Of a stretch of DNA of 64,000 bases, positions 8,900-18,047 are shown in pieces. Each line of letters begins with the position of its first letter. Position 1 is the stretch's first letter. This DNA comes from an uncultured Planctomycetales bacterium (lineage in GTDB: Bacteria; Planctomycetota; UBA1135; JACQFD01). The stretch spans positions 2,423-66,422 of the forward strand of contig CAZJHD010000023.1 of the NCBI GenBank assembly GCA_964545855.1, in the 5' to 3' direction. The notes under the pieces were generated by a model, which was not told where the DNA came from, did no database searches, and worked only from the letters and a program-made list of their open reading frames with translations. A program made the position numbers and the translations under genes.

Positions 8900-9601
8900 T
8901 CAACCGGCGGCGTCGAGAAGGCTGCGCAGGGCATCGTCGCTCGAGAGGTCGTCGAGGACCCGATGGGCGCCCGCGCCGACGAGATCCTCCCGCGGAGTCC
9001 GGCCGGTGCAGACCCCGATCGCGCGGAAGCCGTTCGCTCGCGCGCAGGCGACGTCGTGGACGGTGTCGCCGATGACGAGCACGCGGTCCGGCGGCGGATC
9101 GATGCCGTGATGCGCCGCGGCGCGCGCGCGCGCGACGGACGCGACGATGCGGCGGTCCTCGTGGTCGTCGCCGAAGCCTCCCGTCGGGAAGTAGCGGTGG
9201 AGCCCCCACCGCTCGAGCTTGATGCGCGCGCCGGGCTCGTAGTTGCCCGTGAGGAGCCCGAGCCTCGCCCCCGGCTCCGCCGCGAGACTCTCGAGAACGC
9301 GGCGAACGCCCGGCAGCACGGGGTCGCGCGGAAAGGCCGCCACCTCCTGCGCGAGCAGCGCGAGATAGCGCGCGCGCAGCGCCGCGCGCCGCTCCTCGAA
9401 GACCGCCGCGGCGACGCCGCAAGCCACCCCCATCTCGCGCAGGATGCGCGAGTCGGTGGAGCCGGCGAAGTGGACGCCCTCGGTGCGCTCGCGAACGTCG
9501 TCGATGCCGAAGACGTCGCCGAAGGCCGACTCGGCGGCGCGGCGCCCCACGCCTCGGTAGAGCACGAGCGTGCCGTCGATGTCCCAGAGGAGGAGCTTCA
9601 C
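8900..9601 (-). CDS. HAD-superfamily hydrolase
   Basis: The DxDGT motif is at the N-terminus (VKLLLWDIDGTLV), with the later motif VLVIGDTVHDV. The GTG start at 9601 overlaps the upstream stop (GTGA). Confidence 0.8.
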   Translation of the reverse strand: MKLLLWDIDGTLVLYRGVGRRAAESAFGDVFGIDDVRERTEGVHFAGSTDSRILREMGVACGVAAAVFEERRAALRARYLALLAQEVAAFPRDPVLPGVRRVLESLAAEPGARLGLLTGNYEPGARIKLERWGLHRYFPTGGFGDDHEDRRIVASVARARAAAHHGIDPPPDRVLVIGDTVHDVACARANGFRAIGVCTGRTPREDLVGAGAHRVLDDLSSDDALRSLLDAAG

Positions 9602-10635
9602 GGACGGCGCGACGAGGGCTTGGGGGGATCGGGCGACACGGCCTCTTCGAGGCCGATCGGCGGGCGGTGCACGAAGTCCTCGACGCGCACGGCGCAGTCG
9701 GAGACGTCGCAGCGCGCGCAGTACTCGCGCCGGCACGGATCGGCGTGGAAGACGACGTCGACGGTGCCGTGCAAGGCGCGGTCGATGCGCTGCTCCAGCG
9801 CGTCGGAGATCGCGTGGGACCGCTCGATGGTCCAGAACTCGGGCATCACGAGGTGGGCATCGACGTGGGTCCGCGCACCGGCGCGCAGCGCGCGGAGATG
9901 ATGGACGCGGATGAGACCGCGGGGCCGCTCCGCCTCCATCGTCGCGAGCAACTTCTCGAGCGTGTCGCGGTCCTCCTCGTCGAGGAGGCCGCCCGCCGCC
10001 TGGCGCACGAGGCCGAAGCCCTCGCGCAGGAGCCAGAGGCCGACGAGCGCCGCCACCAGCGGATCGATCCACCAGAGTCGCGTCAGGGAGACGAGCGCGA
10101 GCCCACCCACCACGCCGGCGCTGGTCCAGACGTCGGCGAGCACGTGCTTGCCGTCGGCGACGAGCGCGAGCGACCGGGAACGGCGTCCCTGCCGCACGAG
10201 CCAGAGGCCGAGGACCGCGTTCGCGAGCGCCGCGCCTCCCGTGATCGCGAGTCCGAGGTCGAGCGCGCCGGGCATGCGGGCCGCGCCGACGGCGACGACG
10301 GCGGACACGAGGATCGACACGCCGGCGAAGGTGACGAGCCCGCCCTCGAAGACGGCGGAGAAGTACTCGATCTTGCCGTGCCCATAGGGGTGGTTGCGGT
10401 CGGCGGGCGTCCCCGCGAAGCGCAGGCTCCCGAGGAGGAACACCGCGGCGACGACGTTCACGATGCTCTCGAGCGCGTCCGAGAGGACGGCCGTGGAGCC
10501 CGTGAGGTGCCAGGCCAGGAACTTCGCACCCAGGATCGCGGCGCCGGCGACGAGGGAGACGAAACCCGCGCGCATGCGGTCGCGCTGGTCGGCCGCGGCC
10601 GATGCGTCGGGGGTCGTCGCCTGCGCGAGGATCAC
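9598..10635 (-). CDS. Cation diffusion facilitator (CDF) family transporter
   Basis: Six hydrophobic segments plus a cytoplasmic C-terminal domain. Typical CDF strings are LSDALESIVNV, HPYGHGKIEYF and ADVWTSAGV. Confidence 0.85.
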   Translation of the reverse strand: MILAQATTPDASAAADQRDRMRAGFVSLVAGAAILGAKFLAWHLTGSTAVLSDALESIVNVVAAVFLLGSLRFAGTPADRNHPYGHGKIEYFSAVFEGGLVTFAGVSILVSAVVAVGAARMPGALDLGLAITGGAALANAVLGLWLVRQGRRSRSLALVADGKHVLADVWTSAGVVGGLALVSLTRLWWIDPLVAALVGLWLLREGFGLVRQAAGGLLDEEDRDTLEKLLATMEAERPRGLIRVHHLRALRAGARTHVDAHLVMPEFWTIERSHAISDALEQRIDRALHGTVDVVFHADPCRREYCARCDVSDCAVRVEDFVHRPPIGLEEAVSPDPPKPSSRRP

Positions 10636-10788
10636 GGGATCAGTGTCGCCGGTGGCGGCGATGGAACGAGCGACTCTGGCCCCGAATCATTCACGTCCCC
10701 GGGGGGCGCCCGGACGGCTCCCCGGGGCGTGCACGAATTCGGGGCCAGTCTCCTTGACCGGGGAGCTTCCGCGCCCGACAAGCCGCCC

Positions 10789-12561
10789 GTGCACCGCAAC
10801 CTCCGCGACTGGCTCTCGGCCCTCCGCGCGGCCGGAGACCTCGCCGAGATCGACGCGCCCGTCGATCCCCGCCTCGAGATCGCGGAGATCCACCGCCGCG
10901 TGATCGCGGAGGGCGGCCCGGCGCTGCTCTTCCGGAGGCCCGTCGGATCGCGCTTCCCCGTCGCGACGAACCTCTTCGGCACCCCGTCGCGCGTGGAGCG
11001 GGCCTTCGGTCCGCGGCCGGAGGCCTTCGTCCGGGAGCTGGCTCGGGCGGCGACGGAGCTCCTGCCCCCGACGCCCGCGAAGCTGTGGGCGCGAAGGCGT
11101 CTCCTGCTGGACGCGCTGCGCGTCGGCACGCGGCGGGTGCGGAACGCACCGGTCCTCGAGGAGCGCATGGCGCCGCCGCGTCTCGGTGCGCTCCCGGCAC
11201 TCACGAGCGCGCCGGAGGACGGCGGGCCCTTCGTGACGCTGCCGCTCGTCTACACGGAGCATCCGGATCCGGCGGTGCACCAGAGCAACCTCGGGATGTA
11301 CCGGCTGCAGGTCTTCGACGACCGCACCACGGGATTCCACGCGCAGATCGGCAAGGGCGGCGGCTTCCACCAGCACGAGGCGGAGCGGCGCGGCGAGGCG
11401 CTCCCCGTGAGCGTCTTCCTCGGCGGCCCGCCCGCCCTCACCCTCGCGGCGATCGCGCCGCTGCCGGAGGGCGTGCCGGAGGTGCTGCTCGCATCGCTCG
11501 TCGCGGGGAGCAAGCTCGGCGTGACGGCGGCGCCGGGCGGCGGTCACCGTCTCTTCGCGGAGGCCGAGTTCGCGCTGCGCGGCCGCGTGCCGCCGCGCGT
11601 CCGCCGCGTGGAGGGTCCCTTCGGAGACCACTACGGCTACTACTCCCTCGCGCACGAGTACCCGGTGCTCGAGGTCGACGAGATCTACCACCGGCGCGAC
11701 GCGATCTACCCGGCGACGGTCGTCGGCAAGCCCCGCCAGGAGGACTTCTTCCTGGGCGACCTGCTGCAGAGCCTGCTCTCCCCTCTCTTCCCGCTCGTGA
11801 TGCCGGCGGTGCTCGACCTCTGGAGCTACGGAGACACGGGATTCCACTCGCTCGCGGCCGCCGTCGTGAAGGACCGCTACGGCCGCGAGGCGCTCGCGTC
11901 GGCGTTCCGGATCCTGGGCGAGGGGCAGCTCTCGCTCACGAAGTTCCTGCTGCTCACCGACGCGCGGCTCGATCTCCGCGACTTCCCCCGCGTCCTCGAG
12001 CACGTCCTCGCGCGCTGCCGCTTCGAGACCGACCTCTTCGTCTTCTCGAACGTGTCGATGGACACGCTCGACTACACGGGCCCGCGCGTGAACGAAGGGA
12101 GCAAGGGCGTGCTGCTGGGACTCGGCGAGGCGATCCGCGAACTCCCGCGCGCGTTCCAGGGGGATCTCCCGGCGGGCGCGACGCGCGCCGAGGTCTTCTG
12201 CGGCGGCTGCCTCGTCCTCGAGGGCGCGAGCCACGAGCGCGACCGCGAGCTCCCGCGCCGCCTCGCCGGCGACGCGCGTCTCGCCGGCTGGCCGCTCGTC
12301 GTGCTCGCAGACGACGCCGCGGCGACGGCCGCGTCGGCCGAGGCTTTCCTCTGGCGCGTCTTCACGCGCTTCGAGCCGGCGGCCGACCTCCATGCGGCGG
12401 CGTCGCCCATCGTGCGCCACCACCTCGCCTACCGGCCGCCGATCGTGGTCGATGCCCGCGTGAAGCCCTGGTTCCCGCGGGAGGTGGATCCGTCGCCGGA
12501 GACCGCCGCGTTCGTGGACCGCCGCTGGAAGGAGTACTTCCCAAAGGGGCTCCGCGGCTGA
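10789..12561 (+). CDS. UbiD-family decarboxylase
   Basis: This is the distal part of ORF 9667..12561. The N-terminus (NLRDWLSALRAAGDLAEIDAPVDPRLEIAEIHRRVIAEGGPALLF) parallels E. coli UbiD ([30 protein letters not shown]...). GPFGDHYGYY is present. Start is GTG 10789, with an alternative GTG at 10729. Confidence 0.85.
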   Translation: MHRNLRDWLSALRAAGDLAEIDAPVDPRLEIAEIHRRVIAEGGPALLFRRPVGSRFPVATNLFGTPSRVERAFGPRPEAFVRELARAATELLPPTPAKLWARRRLLLDALRVGTRRVRNAPVLEERMAPPRLGALPALTSAPEDGGPFVTLPLVYTEHPDPAVHQSNLGMYRLQVFDDRTTGFHAQIGKGGGFHQHEAERRGEALPVSVFLGGPPALTLAAIAPLPEGVPEVLLASLVAGSKLGVTAAPGGGHRLFAEAEFALRGRVPPRVRRVEGPFGDHYGYYSLAHEYPVLEVDEIYHRRDAIYPATVVGKPRQEDFFLGDLLQSLLSPLFPLVMPAVLDLWSYGDTGFHSLAAAVVKDRYGREALASAFRILGEGQLSLTKFLLLTDARLDLRDFPRVLEHVLARCRFETDLFVFSNVSMDTLDYTGPRVNEGSKGVLLGLGEAIRELPRAFQGDLPAGATRAEVFCGGCLVLEGASHERDRELPRRLAGDARLAGWPLVVLADDAAATAASAEAFLWRVFTRFEPAADLHAAASPIVRHHLAYRPPIVVDARVKPWFPREVDPSPETAAFVDRRWKEYFPKGLRG

Positions 12562-12570
12562 GGTCCGCGA

Positions 12571-13524
12571 TCAGCGCCGGACGCGGCGGCGCTCGCCCTC
12601 GAGACGCTCGAGGCGCTCCAGCATCCGCATCAGGTCCGCGCGGAGCCGCTCGATCTCGGACCGCTCCCGGGAGTCGCCGTCGCCGCGCGCCGTCGTCTCG
12701 ATGCGCTCCTCGATCTCGACCGTTCGCGGCGACGCCGCGAGCCGCTCCTCGGCTTGCCGCGCCTCGCGCCGCAGGACACCCATCTTCTCGTCGAGGTCCG
12801 CCAAGCGCTCGCGGCCCTTCGCCGCGGCCTCCTCCATCCCGCGCTCCTCGGCGCGGCGGACCTCGCGGCGGATCACCTCCACGAGCTGCTCGCCGTCGGC
12901 CAACTGCGCGCGCCGATCGTCGAGCATCCGCTCGATCTCGGCGCGCTCGGGATCGGCGGCGCGGCGCTGCGACGGCGAGTCATCGGCGCGCGCCTCGCGC
13001 TCGCGGCCGGACGACGTCCGGACTTCGTCGAGGAGCCGCTCGCGCTCCTCCCGCGCCTGGTGCAGGCCCGCCATCTCCTCCTCCAAATTCGCGCGCGCGC
13101 TCTCGAGGCGCTTCGCCATGGCCGCCGCCTTCGGATGCGGCGGCTTCAGCCCCGCTGCCGCGAGTTCCTCGAGGGCCGAGCCGAGCTCGTGCACCTCGGC
13201 CCGACGCTGCTCGACGCGTGCCTCGCGCCGGGCGAGGTCCGCCGTCCTCCCGGCCGTTGCATCGTCCGCGCGGCCACGGTCCTCGCGTCGCCGATCGTCC
13301 CGCCCCCGGTCGTCGCGCTGCCAGGCTTCGGCTCGCATGCGCCACGCCTCGGCGATGGCGCGCGCCCCCTCGACGCGCTGGCCCCGCTCGAGAGCCGCGC
13401 GTCCCTCGCGCTCGAGCCCGTCGGCGCGTTCGAGCGGCCCGCGATCGTCTCCCCGCTGGGCGAAGGCGGCGCCCCCGACGAGTCCGAGGGAGACGGCGAG
13501 GACGACGAGAGTGCTTCGGTGCAT
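12571..13524 (-). CDS. Secreted, highly charged (Arg/Glu-rich) coiled-coil protein
   Basis: ATG 13524 is preceded by GGAGGA. The signal peptide is MHRSTLVVLAVSLGLVGGAAFA. The remainder is R/E/A/D-rich helical sequence. Confidence 0.6.
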   Translation of the reverse strand: MHRSTLVVLAVSLGLVGGAAFAQRGDDRGPLERADGLEREGRAALERGQRVEGARAIAEAWRMRAEAWQRDDRGRDDRRREDRGRADDATAGRTADLARREARVEQRRAEVHELGSALEELAAAGLKPPHPKAAAMAKRLESARANLEEEMAGLHQAREERERLLDEVRTSSGREREARADDSPSQRRAADPERAEIERMLDDRRAQLADGEQLVEVIRREVRRAEERGMEEAAAKGRERLADLDEKMGVLRREARQAEERLAASPRTVEIEERIETTARGDGDSRERSEIERLRADLMRMLERLERLEGERRRVRR

Positions 13525-13643
13525 GGGTTCCTCCAGCGGCGAGCCGTCGACGGCGAGACGCGGCGCGCAGGATACCTCCGGGCTCCGGCGTCGTCCGACG
13601 GGCGCCGCGCGCTCGCGCCTCGGGGCACCCCGGCGGCGGCCTG

Positions 13644-15542
13644 CTATCCCTCGTTGCGCAGGTCGATCGTCCGCACGACGACGCCGTCGGCTCGGATCCG
13701 CTGATCCCCGAGCCTCTCGAAGTCTCCGAAGATCGGCCGGGCGGCCGAGGCCGCCGCCGGCACACCCGGCGCGGGCTCCGCGCGCGGCGCGACCTTCCCC
13801 GCGCCCCGGAGCGTCGAGCCGCGAAGCGTCGACTGGAGGCTCGTCCAGGTGAGGTCCGCCGACGGCCCGCCGCCGCTGCGATCGCCGCCGGCGCCCGGCA
13901 CGTGGAGCTCCGGCGTGGCGAGCGACTTCCAGTAGGCCTCCGCGTCCGCGAGCGGCTCCGGCGAGGCGACCAGGAGGAAGTGCTCGGCGCCCCCGCCGGA
14001 GGAGTCGATCACCCAGTACTGCTCCTTCCCTTCGAGCGACCCCGGGAGCGTCACGGCGGCGCCGCCCTGGGTCCGCACGGGATTCCCGCCGCGCACGAAT
14101 CGGTCGTCGGGGTAGGGGAACAGGGCGAAGCGGTTCCCCGCGTCGTCCTCGTTGAAGAGGTAGATCCAGAGGTCGCGGCTCGCGGCGACGCTCAGATGGA
14201 GCTGGTCTCCGGGACGCACCGAGGCGCCGTCGAGGAGCTGTCGCGGGCGCTCGCCCGTCCGATGCGCGTAGAGCCGCGCGTCCAGATCGAAGGCGACGAC
14301 CTGCGGCGTCTCGCGGAAGGGCCGGAAGACGAGAAGGAGGGCGACGATCGCGATCGCCGCGACCGCCGAGGCGACGACGATCACGCGACGGGCCATCGGC
14401 GCGCTCCTCGGCGCCGGCTCGTCCGCCGCCGCGAGGAGATCCCGCAGGGCGCGCTCGAAGGCGCCCGCCGACGCGAAGCGCGCCGAGGGCTCGCGCGCGA
14501 GCGCGCGCTCGACGACGGTCACGAGGTCACCTGGCAGATCGGAGCGCCGGTCGCGCAGGGGAGCGGGCGTTCCCTCGAGAACGGCCTCCCGGAGGCTCAG
14601 GAAGCTCGCTTCCTCGTAGGGGAAGCGCATGGTGAGGAGCCAGTAGAGGAGGACGCCGAGCGCCCAGAGGTCGGCCGCGGGCCCGACGGCTGCCCCCTGC
14701 TCGAACTGCTCGGGCGCCATGAACCTCGGCGTCCCCATCGGGCCGCCGAGGTCCGCGCCGCGATCCGACGGCGAGCGCACGAGGCCGAAGTCGAGGAGCA
14801 CGATGCGCCCGCCCACGGCGCGCATGACGTTCGACGGCTTGAGATCGCCGTGGACGAGACCCTTCTCGTGCAGCGCCGCGAGCGCGCGGCAGAGGTCGAT
14901 GCCGATGCGGATCGCCTCCGCGGGGGCGAGGACGCCGTCGGCCCGCACCCACTCCTCGAGCGTGCGCCCCTCCACGAACTCGAGAACCAGCCGAACGCGC
15001 CCCGCCTCCTCGTCGATCTGGTGGATGCGGACGATGTTCGGATGGTCGAGGGACGCGAGCACGCGTGCCTCCTCGACGAAACGATGCAGCGCCTCCGGAT
15101 CGCAGGCGCGCTCCTCGCCGAGCACCTTGATCGCCACGACTCGTCCGAGGGCGCGGTCGACGGCGCGGTGGACCGTGCCGAAGGCTCCCTTCCCGAGGAG
15201 CGTCTGCGTCTCGAATCCGCGGTCGAGACCGCGCTCGGGTTCCGGGTCGCCGGGGAACTGGAGCGGCTCCTCGCCCGACTGGATCCGCCGCATGGCGTCG
15301 ATCGCGCGGAGCGCGTCGGCCTCGCCGGAGGAGAGGCGGCCGCTGCGCGTGAGCGGGTCGACGTCGGGGGAGCTGCGGTCTCCGATGTCGGCCGAGGCGC
15401 TGCCGATGGGATCGTCGTCGTCGAGGGATCGTTGCATCGCGAGACGAAGGGGCCCCGGGTCGGGGCACGGTTCCGGGGTGGCGAGCAGGCTAGCAATCCT
15501 GCGGCCGAGGGAGGGCAGGCCTCGGTGAGGGATGTCGTTCAT
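13644..15542 (-). CDS. Ser/Thr protein kinase with TM helix and DUF4384-like extracytoplasmic domain
   Basis: Hanks kinase motifs are GKGAFGTV, VAIKVL, HGDLKPSN, DFG and MAPE. The TM helix is VIVVASAVAAIAIVALLLVF. The ectodomain includes LWIYLFNEDDAGNRFALFPYP. Confidence 0.9.
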   Translation of the reverse strand: MNDIPHRGLPSLGRRIASLLATPEPCPDPGPLRLAMQRSLDDDDPIGSASADIGDRSSPDVDPLTRSGRLSSGEADALRAIDAMRRIQSGEEPLQFPGDPEPERGLDRGFETQTLLGKGAFGTVHRAVDRALGRVVAIKVLGEERACDPEALHRFVEEARVLASLDHPNIVRIHQIDEEAGRVRLVLEFVEGRTLEEWVRADGVLAPAEAIRIGIDLCRALAALHEKGLVHGDLKPSNVMRAVGGRIVLLDFGLVRSPSDRGADLGGPMGTPRFMAPEQFEQGAAVGPAADLWALGVLLYWLLTMRFPYEEASFLSLREAVLEGTPAPLRDRRSDLPGDLVTVVERALAREPSARFASAGAFERALRDLLAAADEPAPRSAPMARRVIVVASAVAAIAIVALLLVFRPFRETPQVVAFDLDARLYAHRTGERPRQLLDGASVRPGDQLHLSVAASRDLWIYLFNEDDAGNRFALFPYPDDRFVRGGNPVRTQGGAAVTLPGSLEGKEQYWVIDSSGGGAEHFLLVASPEPLADAEAYWKSLATPELHVPGAGGDRSGGGPSADLTWTSLQSTLRGSTLRGAGKVAPRAEPAPGVPAAASAARPIFGDFERLGDQRIRADGVVVRTIDLRNEG

Positions 15543-15682
15543 GGCGGTGGACCCGGGCTCGGAACGCGGTCCCTCGTGCGAGCGAACGAGATTCCGCCTT
15601 TTCGCTCCCCCTCCGGCGATCTTGGGGGAGACTGAGTCCGCGTCCGCTCATTCGACGAGACCTCTCCAGGAGCCGCTCTTCC

Positions 15683-16822
15683 TTGCCTGTCGTCTGCGAC
15701 CTTCGATCGAGCCTCGGTGCGGAGCACTGCACCCGGGCCTGCCCGCTCGACGAGTCCGAGGACGTCTTCCGCTACGCGCGCTTCGATCGCGCGAGCACGC
15801 TGCCGCCTCCCGAGGAGGGCCTCCTCGACGTGGCGGTCCTCGACATGAATCACGGGTGGCCGAACCTCGGCCACGACTCCCTCGTGAAGGCGATCCGGGG
15901 AACCGCCTGCAACCTCCGGGAGCAGCTCCTCCGGCACGGTCTCGCGATCCGCGTGATCTCCTTCGACGTCCGCGCCGGCCTGCGCGTGCCGGACGCCGAC
16001 GCGCTCGATCGATTCGCGGTCCTGGTGGGGACCGGCGGTCCGGGCCATCTCGACCCGCGCCGCAACGACGGCATCTGCCCGGAGAGCCAGGGTCTCCGCG
16101 AGGATCCCTCCTGGGAGCCGGCGCTCTTCCGGCTCTTCGACGCCGTCCTCGCCGACGAGCGCCGCGCGCTCCTCGGCGTCTGCCACACCTTCGGGCTCCT
16201 CTGTCGATGGTCGGGCGCCGCGGCTCCGGTCGTGCGCTGCGCCGAGAAGGGCGGCAAGAGCTCCGGCGTCCTCGAGAACGAGCTCTCGGAGGAGGCGCTG
16301 AGCCACCCCTGGTTCGCACGGTTCTCGAGATCCCTCGGCGGCGGCCGCCGGCTGCGCATCCTCGACAGCCGTCTCCTCGACCTCGTGCGCATGCCCGGCG
16401 CCTCGGGCCCGCCCGTCGCCGAACTCGGCCACGAGGTGGACGCGCACACGGGGCTCCGCACCGACGCCGTGACGATGATCGAGTTCGCCCGCGACCGCGC
16501 GGGACTCCTGCCACGCGTCTTCGGCGTGAACCACCACCCCGAGATCCTCCACCGCGCGAGCCTGATGGCCCTGCTGAACGAGAAGCTCGAGCGCAGCGAG
16601 GTCTCGCGCGACTGGTACGACGAGCGCGTGCGGCTCATGACGACGATGCATCCCGGCGAGGACAGCGAGAAGCTCCTCGCCCTCACGTCGCACTTCACGC
16701 TGATCGCTCCGCTCCGCTTCCACCTCGTGCGCGAGCTGCGCCGTCGCTGCGAGGCGCGCGGCGTCGACGCGGGCATCCACGAGGACGAGGTGCTCGGCTG
16801 GACCGAGCCGGCGTCGTCGTAG
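15683..16822 (+). CDS. Class I glutamine amidotransferase-like protein
   Basis: Nucleophile context is LLGVCHTFGLL, with His/Glu context VNHHPE. The track start at 15683 is TTG. An in-frame GTG at 15830 (MAVLDMNHG...) preceded by GAGGAGGG is an alternative start. Confidence 0.7.
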   Translation: MPVVCDLRSSLGAEHCTRACPLDESEDVFRYARFDRASTLPPPEEGLLDVAVLDMNHGWPNLGHDSLVKAIRGTACNLREQLLRHGLAIRVISFDVRAGLRVPDADALDRFAVLVGTGGPGHLDPRRNDGICPESQGLREDPSWEPALFRLFDAVLADERRALLGVCHTFGLLCRWSGAAAPVVRCAEKGGKSSGVLENELSEEALSHPWFARFSRSLGGGRRLRILDSRLLDLVRMPGASGPPVAELGHEVDAHTGLRTDAVTMIEFARDRAGLLPRVFGVNHHPEILHRASLMALLNEKLERSEVSRDWYDERVRLMTTMHPGEDSEKLLALTSHFTLIAPLRFHLVRELRRRCEARGVDAGIHEDEVLGWTEPASS

Positions 16823-16843
16823 CCGGAGTCGTCGTAGCCGGAG
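16814..16843. repeat. Perfect 15-bp tandem duplication (TCGTCGTAGCCGGAG x2) containing the stop codon of the GATase-like gene
   Basis: Read directly. Units are 16814-16828 and 16829-16843, followed by a partial third unit (TCG). Confidence 0.9.
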
Positions 16844-16863
16844 TCGCTGCGCGACTCCCTATC

Positions 16864-17020
16864 TGCCCGTGGCGGAAGTCATCCGAGCTCCGCGCGGGCC
16901 CCGACGCCCATCGCGTCGTTGCGCGTCCTCACCGCAACTTCCCGCTACGTTTGCGGCGCGCGCCTCGCGCTGTGCGCCGCTGCCTCGCGCTCGCTCTGCG
17001 GAGCCCTTCCGCCACGGGCA
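16864..17020. repeat. Intergenic palindromic element with perfect 15-bp terminal inverted repeats, possibly a distant relative of the copy A family
   Basis: TGCCCGTGGCGGAAG (16864-16878) is the exact reverse complement of CTTCCGCCACGGGCA (17006-17020). The interior shares short blocks with the centre of copy A (TCGTTGC, CCGCAACT, CGCGCCTCGC, CTCGCTCT). It lies between convergent stops. Confidence 0.5.
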
Positions 17021-17021
17021 G

Positions 17022-18047
17022 CTATGCCTTCCCGTCGGCCTTGCCCGCGGCGTCCGCGCCGCGCTTGCGTCCCTTCGCGTCCCGCGCCCGCTCGAGAGCG
17101 CTCTCGAGGATGCGGCCGATGAGCCCGTCGTAGCCGAGGCCGGCGGCCTCCGCGGCGAGCGCCAGCTCCGAGGCCTTCTCCAGATAGGGGTTCGGGTTCG
17201 CCTCGAGGATGAAGGCCCGACCCTGACGATCGACCCGGAAGTCGATGCGGCCGTAGTCGCGCAGCCGCATCGCGCGAAACGCCGTCACGGCCATGCGCTC
17301 CAGCTCGACCCGGAGACCCGGCTCCACCTGCGCCACGATGGCCTTCGTGCCGCGGTACTCCGCCGTGCCCTCCTCGAACTTCGCGCGCTGGTCCATGATC
17401 CGAGGCCGGTGCCGCGGGAACCCGGTGAAGTCCACCTCGATGGCCGGGAGCGCCTCGGGCGCCTCGTGCCCCAGCACGGCGACCGACACCTCGCGTCCCT
17501 CGATGTACTCCTCCACGAGCGCGGCGCCGCCGTACTCCGTGCGGACCTGCCGCACCTTCTCCAGCAGGTCGAGCGACTTGCGCACGACCGACGTCGCGTC
17601 GATGCCGATCGATGCGTCCTGACGCACGGGCTTCACGAAGAGCGGGAAGCGCAGGTCGCCGACGAACTCGAGCGCCTCGTCGTAGAAGGCCGCGAATCGC
17701 GGGAACGGGAGCGAGTCGAAGGAAAGGAGCTTCTTCGTGAGCACCTTGTCCTGGGAGAGCATCAGCCCGACGGGGTCGGCGCCCGTGAAGGGGATGCCGA
17801 GGAGGTCGAGGACGACGGCGAAGTGCACGTCGCTGTCCTCGCGGCCGCAGAGCGACTCCGTCAGGTTGAAGACCACCTCCGGCGCGCGGTCGCGCAGCAG
17901 CGCGAGGATCTTCCCGAGGTCTCCCGGGAGCGCCATCGGCTCGGCCTCGTGCCCGAGACGGCGCAATGCGTCGAGGACGTGCTGGACCACTTCGTCCGGC
18001 GTCGCGTCCTGCCACGAGCCGTCGTAGGCGACCGCCACGCGCGTCAA
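17022..18047 (-). CDS. D-alanine--D-alanine ligase family ATP-grasp protein
   Basis: Ddl-like layout: RVAVAYDGS..., LLGIPFTG, KPVRQDASIGI, VEEYIEGREVSVAVL and FILEANPNP. The track start is TTG, overlapping the upstream stop (TTGA). GTG 18038 is an alternative. Confidence 0.8.
   Translation of the reverse strand: MTRVAVAYDGSWQDATPDEVVQHVLDALRRLGHEAEPMALPGDLGKILALLRDRAPEVVFNLTESLCGREDSDVHFAVVLDLLGIPFTGADPVGLMLSQDKVLTKKLLSFDSLPFPRFAAFYDEALEFVGDLRFPLFVKPVRQDASIGIDATSVVRKSLDLLEKVRQVRTEYGGAALVEEYIEGREVSVAVLGHEAPEALPAIEVDFTGFPRHRPRIMDQRAKFEEGTAEYRGTKAIVAQVEPGLRVELERMAVTAFRAMRLRDYGRIDFRVDRQGRAFILEANPNPYLEKASELALAAEAAGLGYDGLIGRILESALERARDAKGRKRGADAAGKADGKA

Noticed and set aside
11085-15635. A 1516-aa plus-strand ORF and similar long ORFs elsewhere (30414..34415, 52300..55848, 25956..29765, 39581..42538).
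   Set aside because: These have the same junk composition. They are antisense to the kinase, alpha/beta hydrolase, coiled-coil, FG-GAP and serine hydrolase genes, which carry diagnostic motifs.
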